Assembly (NCBI RefSeq): GCF_006345805.1
Contig: NW_021827234.1
Location: 1 to 11,196 of the forward strand
Length of the DNA stretch: 11,196 nucleotides
Reading direction: 5' to 3'
Source of the DNA: Octopus sinensis
Taxonomy: Eukaryota
The notes beneath the pieces were generated by a model. That model saw only the letters and a list, made by a program, of their open reading frames with translations. It searched no databases and was not told where the DNA came from. Of the stretch, positions 8,082-11,196 are shown piece by piece (the stretch's first letter is position 1; every line of letters begins with the position of its first letter). A program made the position numbers and the translations under genes.

Positions 8082-8492
8082 AGATCTTTTCGGTTTGAAT
8101 GGCAGTTTTTAAAAATAATTTCCACGTAACTAAACACTTTTAAACTTCGTATACTGGTAGAATGTGTTTATAAAACATCTCTTTCTCTTGGCTTTATTGA
8201 GAAAATTTTATAGCTTGTAAGATATTTGTTGTTTTTTTTTATTCAATTTCTGCAATTTCAACCAATCAATGTCATCTATTGAGGTGAAAACATTCTGTGC
8301 CTTATGAATATGTCCTTCGTTTAAGTAACAGAGTGGGTTTATTTATATTTGTGAAGAAAGAAAAGATACCCTTCTTCCTAACCCTAACCCTAATCAGATT
8401 GAAATGCAATAGATCGATACTAGGGTCATAATTATGGGTGACAATTTCATATGACACCACTAGAAAGACTGCCGTTCAAACCGAAAAGATCC
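8082..8492 (-). mobile_element. ~410-bp MITE copy 2, inverted relative to copy 1
   Basis: AGATCTTTTCGGTTTGAATGGCAGTTTTT ... AGACTGCCGTTCAAACCGAAAAGATCC; body is the reverse complement of 7382-7780; CCTAACCCTAACCCTAA at 8377-8393. Confidence 0.88.
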
Positions 8493-9018
8493 TTTTTCTT
8501 TGGTCATTCATGAGAAGATTCTTTTGAGACAAGTTCAAAATAATGGAGTTGGACAGGGTCCTTCGTCTCTGGCCCCGGTTTGCTGTCTTACTTCAGATAT
8601 CATCTAAAGAGCAAGATGCGGTTGGAGAGGAAGACCCCTGCCACCGAATGAATACGAAAAACGATGGAAGGATGTGATGAGAAAGGTGGGTGTCAGTAAC
8701 CCAGCTTAATCATCGAAGAAAGGATAAAATAGTTGCTGGGCTTTATAGGGTGTCGGGTTCAAATTTTGAGCCTGCTATTCTGATCTCTAGTTTTATTTTT
8801 TAAAAAATACAAACACACAAAAGTTGTCATTTTTAAGGCAAAAGTAAGCCAATTACTCGTTTATTTCTCATTATAATTAAATTTTTAAAAAGTTTCATTC
8901 AAACTCTTATAACCTTTTTGTAATTCTTTGTACTGTTATGTCGTTTTCTATGTTCGATCTCAGGATCATAATAAAGATTTTACTACTGTGAGATTTTCTA
9001 TTTAGCGTTTTAGCTAAA

Positions 9019-9102
9019 CAGAAATATATTCTTACAGGAGAGAAGATATATCAGTGCGAGATCTGTGGAAAATCATTCCCTCAAATGAGCACCTTGACAC
9101 AC
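9019..9102 (+). pseudogene. Isolated degenerate C2H2 finger relic
   Basis: Translates [28 protein letters not shown]; the two Cys and the TGEK linker are kept and the His pair is lost; it directly abuts the duplicated promoter block. Confidence 0.85.
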
Positions 9103-10132
9103 AATACAGATATTAATAGAATAAAACTTAGGGGGATACTGGAAGGAATCCCATCAGTCAGTAGAGCCATCTATGAGAGAATTAGAGAAATACTATGAAA
9201 CGAAGGGAAATAACTTCTATAATAGCTCATTCCGGCCGTCGATCAGTCGGCCACGAAACGGCGCGCTTTCACTCTTGATGACGTCATACACTTACTGGCT
9301 TCCCGTGTGTGCAAGGTGCTTTGAAATTAACATCATTATTATTAATTAGACTAATTAATTATCGGTCTGTGATTTTCAGTTTTTGTCTGAATACGGTAAG
9401 TTGACAATGATGATAATAATACTACTAATAACAATGTAATTAATAGAATTCTGTAAACTTCTCGGTGTCACAGTAATTATTTCGAAGCGAAAACATAAAA
9501 ACTTTAGGAAAATATATTTCCTCGTCTTAAATAATAACTTCCAAAGTGAAATGTTGGTTTGTTCTTTCTGAAAACCTATTATCGGCTGTTAGATGTGATA
9601 TAGAGGAAATTTATTTGTAAAATGAGAAGAAAACGTTTTGATTAACGAGTAAAAACGAACGGAGAAGCGGCTCAACTACAGATTCATGCCCCACCACTTT
9701 GGATGATCGTAACTTTAATTAAATATTCTATGTATATTTGTTATAGTATGTACATTCAGAATATACAAAACTTTTGTAGGAAAGTGCTTTTGGTGTGAGG
9801 AGTTTCGGAAAATTCAGTGGCGTCAACTTCAATTCTTCTTAACTTTCAAGAAAATAGATGTCATATTTTTAAATGAAATTTTCTACAAATATACCTCGGA
9901 CGATATAGATTCCGAGAAGGTAGGAATTTTGTGGGAAAACAATCGGGGGTTTACTTTTGAGGACCGTTCATTTATTTATTTTCTAAAATATTCCTTAATT
10001 CTTGCAACCTCTTCACTGGTTCTTGACCATGTCCATTATTGGAGTTGTTTCTTTTTGTTTGTTGCTGTGCATGTGTCTGTATGCGGCAGCTTGCATGAAT
10101 ATACGCGTATGTATATATATGTATTTATGCTT

Positions 10133-10170
<38 letters not shown>

Positions 10171-10173
10171 TAC
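9103..10173 (+). repeat. Segmental duplication copy 2; probable 5' end of the next tandem ZNF paralog
   Basis: Matches 1004-2044; CRE TGACGTCA at 9279-9286 and donor ACG|GTAAGT at 9395/9396 are intact. The coding exon would lie beyond the window (inference). Confidence 0.9.
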
Positions 10174-10210
10174 ATATATATATATATATATATACTACAT
10201 ATATATATAT
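10110..10210. repeat. (TA)n microsatellite (others at 122-172, 392-437, 568-579, 774-790, 2027-2040, 11115-11153)
   Basis: Direct reading of the sequence. Confidence 0.95.
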
Positions 10211-11107
10211 GCTGAGGACATGCGTAAGCTCGCGAGGAATGAAGCCAGTATGCTCCGATGGATGTGTAATGTCAGTGTGCATACTCGACAGAGCGTTAGT
10301 ACCTTGAGAGAAATGTCGGACCTAAGAAGCATCAGTTGTGGTGTGCAAGAGAGACGATTGCGCAGGTATGGTCATGTGGCGAGAATGGATGAAGATAGGT
10401 GTGTGAAAAAGTGCCAATCCCTAGCAGTGGAGGGAACCCGTGAAAGAGGTAGACCTAGGAAAACCTGGGACGAGGTGGTGAAGCACGACCTTCGAACTTT
10501 AGGCCTCACTGAGGAAATGACCAGCGACCGAGACCTTTGAAAATATGCTGTGCGCGAGAAGACCAGGCAGGACAAGTGAGTCCAGCCAACTTATGCATGC
10601 CTTTCCTCCCTTGACCTGTTGAGGCAAGCGAAGTCGATATCGAACCTCGTCCGACAACAGGCACCCGTGCTTGCGAAGACCTGTTGGGGCAAGTGAAATC
10701 GAAATTGAAATTGAAACAATCCTATGACTGGCACCCGGCAGATGCCAGAACCCCTGGACTGGTGGTACGTAAAAAGCACTATCCGAATCGTGGCCGATGC
10801 CAGAGCTGCCTCGACTGGCTTCCGTGCTGGTGGCACATAATAAGCACCATCCGAATCTTCGCCGATGACAGTAAAATGCACCAATCCGACCGTGGCCGTT
10901 GCCAGCCTCGCCTGGCACCTGTGCAGGTGGCACATAAAAAGCACCCACTACAGTCACGGAGTGGTTGGCGTTAGGAAGGGCATCCAGCTGTAGAAACATT
11001 GCCAGATAAAACTGGAGCCTGGTGCAGCCTTCTGGCTTCCCAGATCCACGGTTGAACTGTCCAACCCATGCTAGCATGGAGAACGGACGTTAAGCGATGA
11101 TGATGAT
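10211..11107 (+). mobile_element. 5'-truncated RTE-clade LINE (ORF C-terminus + 3' UTR + (GAT)n tail) with 19-bp TSD
   Basis: Translates EASMLRWMCNVS...QERRLRRYGHVARM...RGRPRKTWDEVV...DRDL*KYAVREKTRQDK*, a typical post-RT RTE C-terminus; probable W-to-stop at 10538-10540. (GAT)4 tail at 11096-11107. ATACTACATATATATATAT occurs at both 10192-10210 and 11108-11126. Confidence 0.92.
10725..10946 (+). repeat. Imperfect tandem repeat (~50-70 bp unit) inside the RTE 3' UTR
   Basis: GGTGG(T/C)AC(G/A)TAA(A/T)AAGCAC recurs at ~10761, ~10829 and ~10926, and ATCCGA..CGTGGCCG(A/T)TGCCAG recurs with it. Confidence 0.75.
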
Positions 11108-11109
11108 AT

Positions 11110-11159
<50 letters not shown>

Positions 11160-11196
11160 TAAATTAGAGACAAAACCACTATTAGGCAAATCAAAC

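Noticed and set aside
8520-8770. GC-richer stretch with a B-box-like GGGTTCAAATT near 8755
   Set aside because: No ORF, no matching copy in the window and no A box at suitable spacing; cannot be assigned.
9929-10540. 203-aa ORF joining intron sequence, a YI repeat and the RTE C-terminus
   Set aside because: Chance read-through across a stop-free (TA)n tract from a GTG start; only 10211-10540 is real (LINE-derived) coding relic.
10499-11077. ORFs of 96-192 aa on both strands in the RTE 3' UTR
   Set aside because: GC-rich tandemly repeated UTR yields open frames by chance; no recognisable domain.
11154-11196. Start of another repeat after the final (TA)n
   Set aside because: Only ~40 bp visible at the window edge; too short to classify.

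Overview
Eukaryotic, AT-rich, (TA)n-laden genomic DNA. The repeat families and zinc-finger style strongly resemble octopus/coleoid cephalopod C2H2-ZNF cluster DNA (recognition from memory, not a database result). The core is a + strand polydactyl C2H2 zinc-finger gene with no KRAB or other effector domain visible. It has a CRE-containing promoter (~1150-1190), a non-coding exon 1 ending at a perfect donor (1284/1285), an intron to 3666, and one coding exon. That exon has 28 tandem 84-bp fingers (4019-6365): 22 are in frame, then two 1-nt deletions (~5858, ~5901) break the frame. Decayed fingers fill both UTRs. The promoter/exon-1/intron block is duplicated ~8.1 kb downstream (9103-10173), probably the start of the next paralog, and an inverted intron paralog sits at 1-275. 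The rest is nested mobile DNA: two tRNA-derived SINE families, a 5'-truncated RTE LINE with target-site duplication (TSD), an older RTE relic, two inverted TTAGGG-containing MITEs, a CpG-rich element with terminal inverted repeats (TIRs), and a perfect 58-bp-arm hairpin containing a partial Penelope-type hammerhead motif. I see no clearly new biological system. The most interesting signals are the birth and death of fingers, the duplicated promoter cassette and the hairpin.
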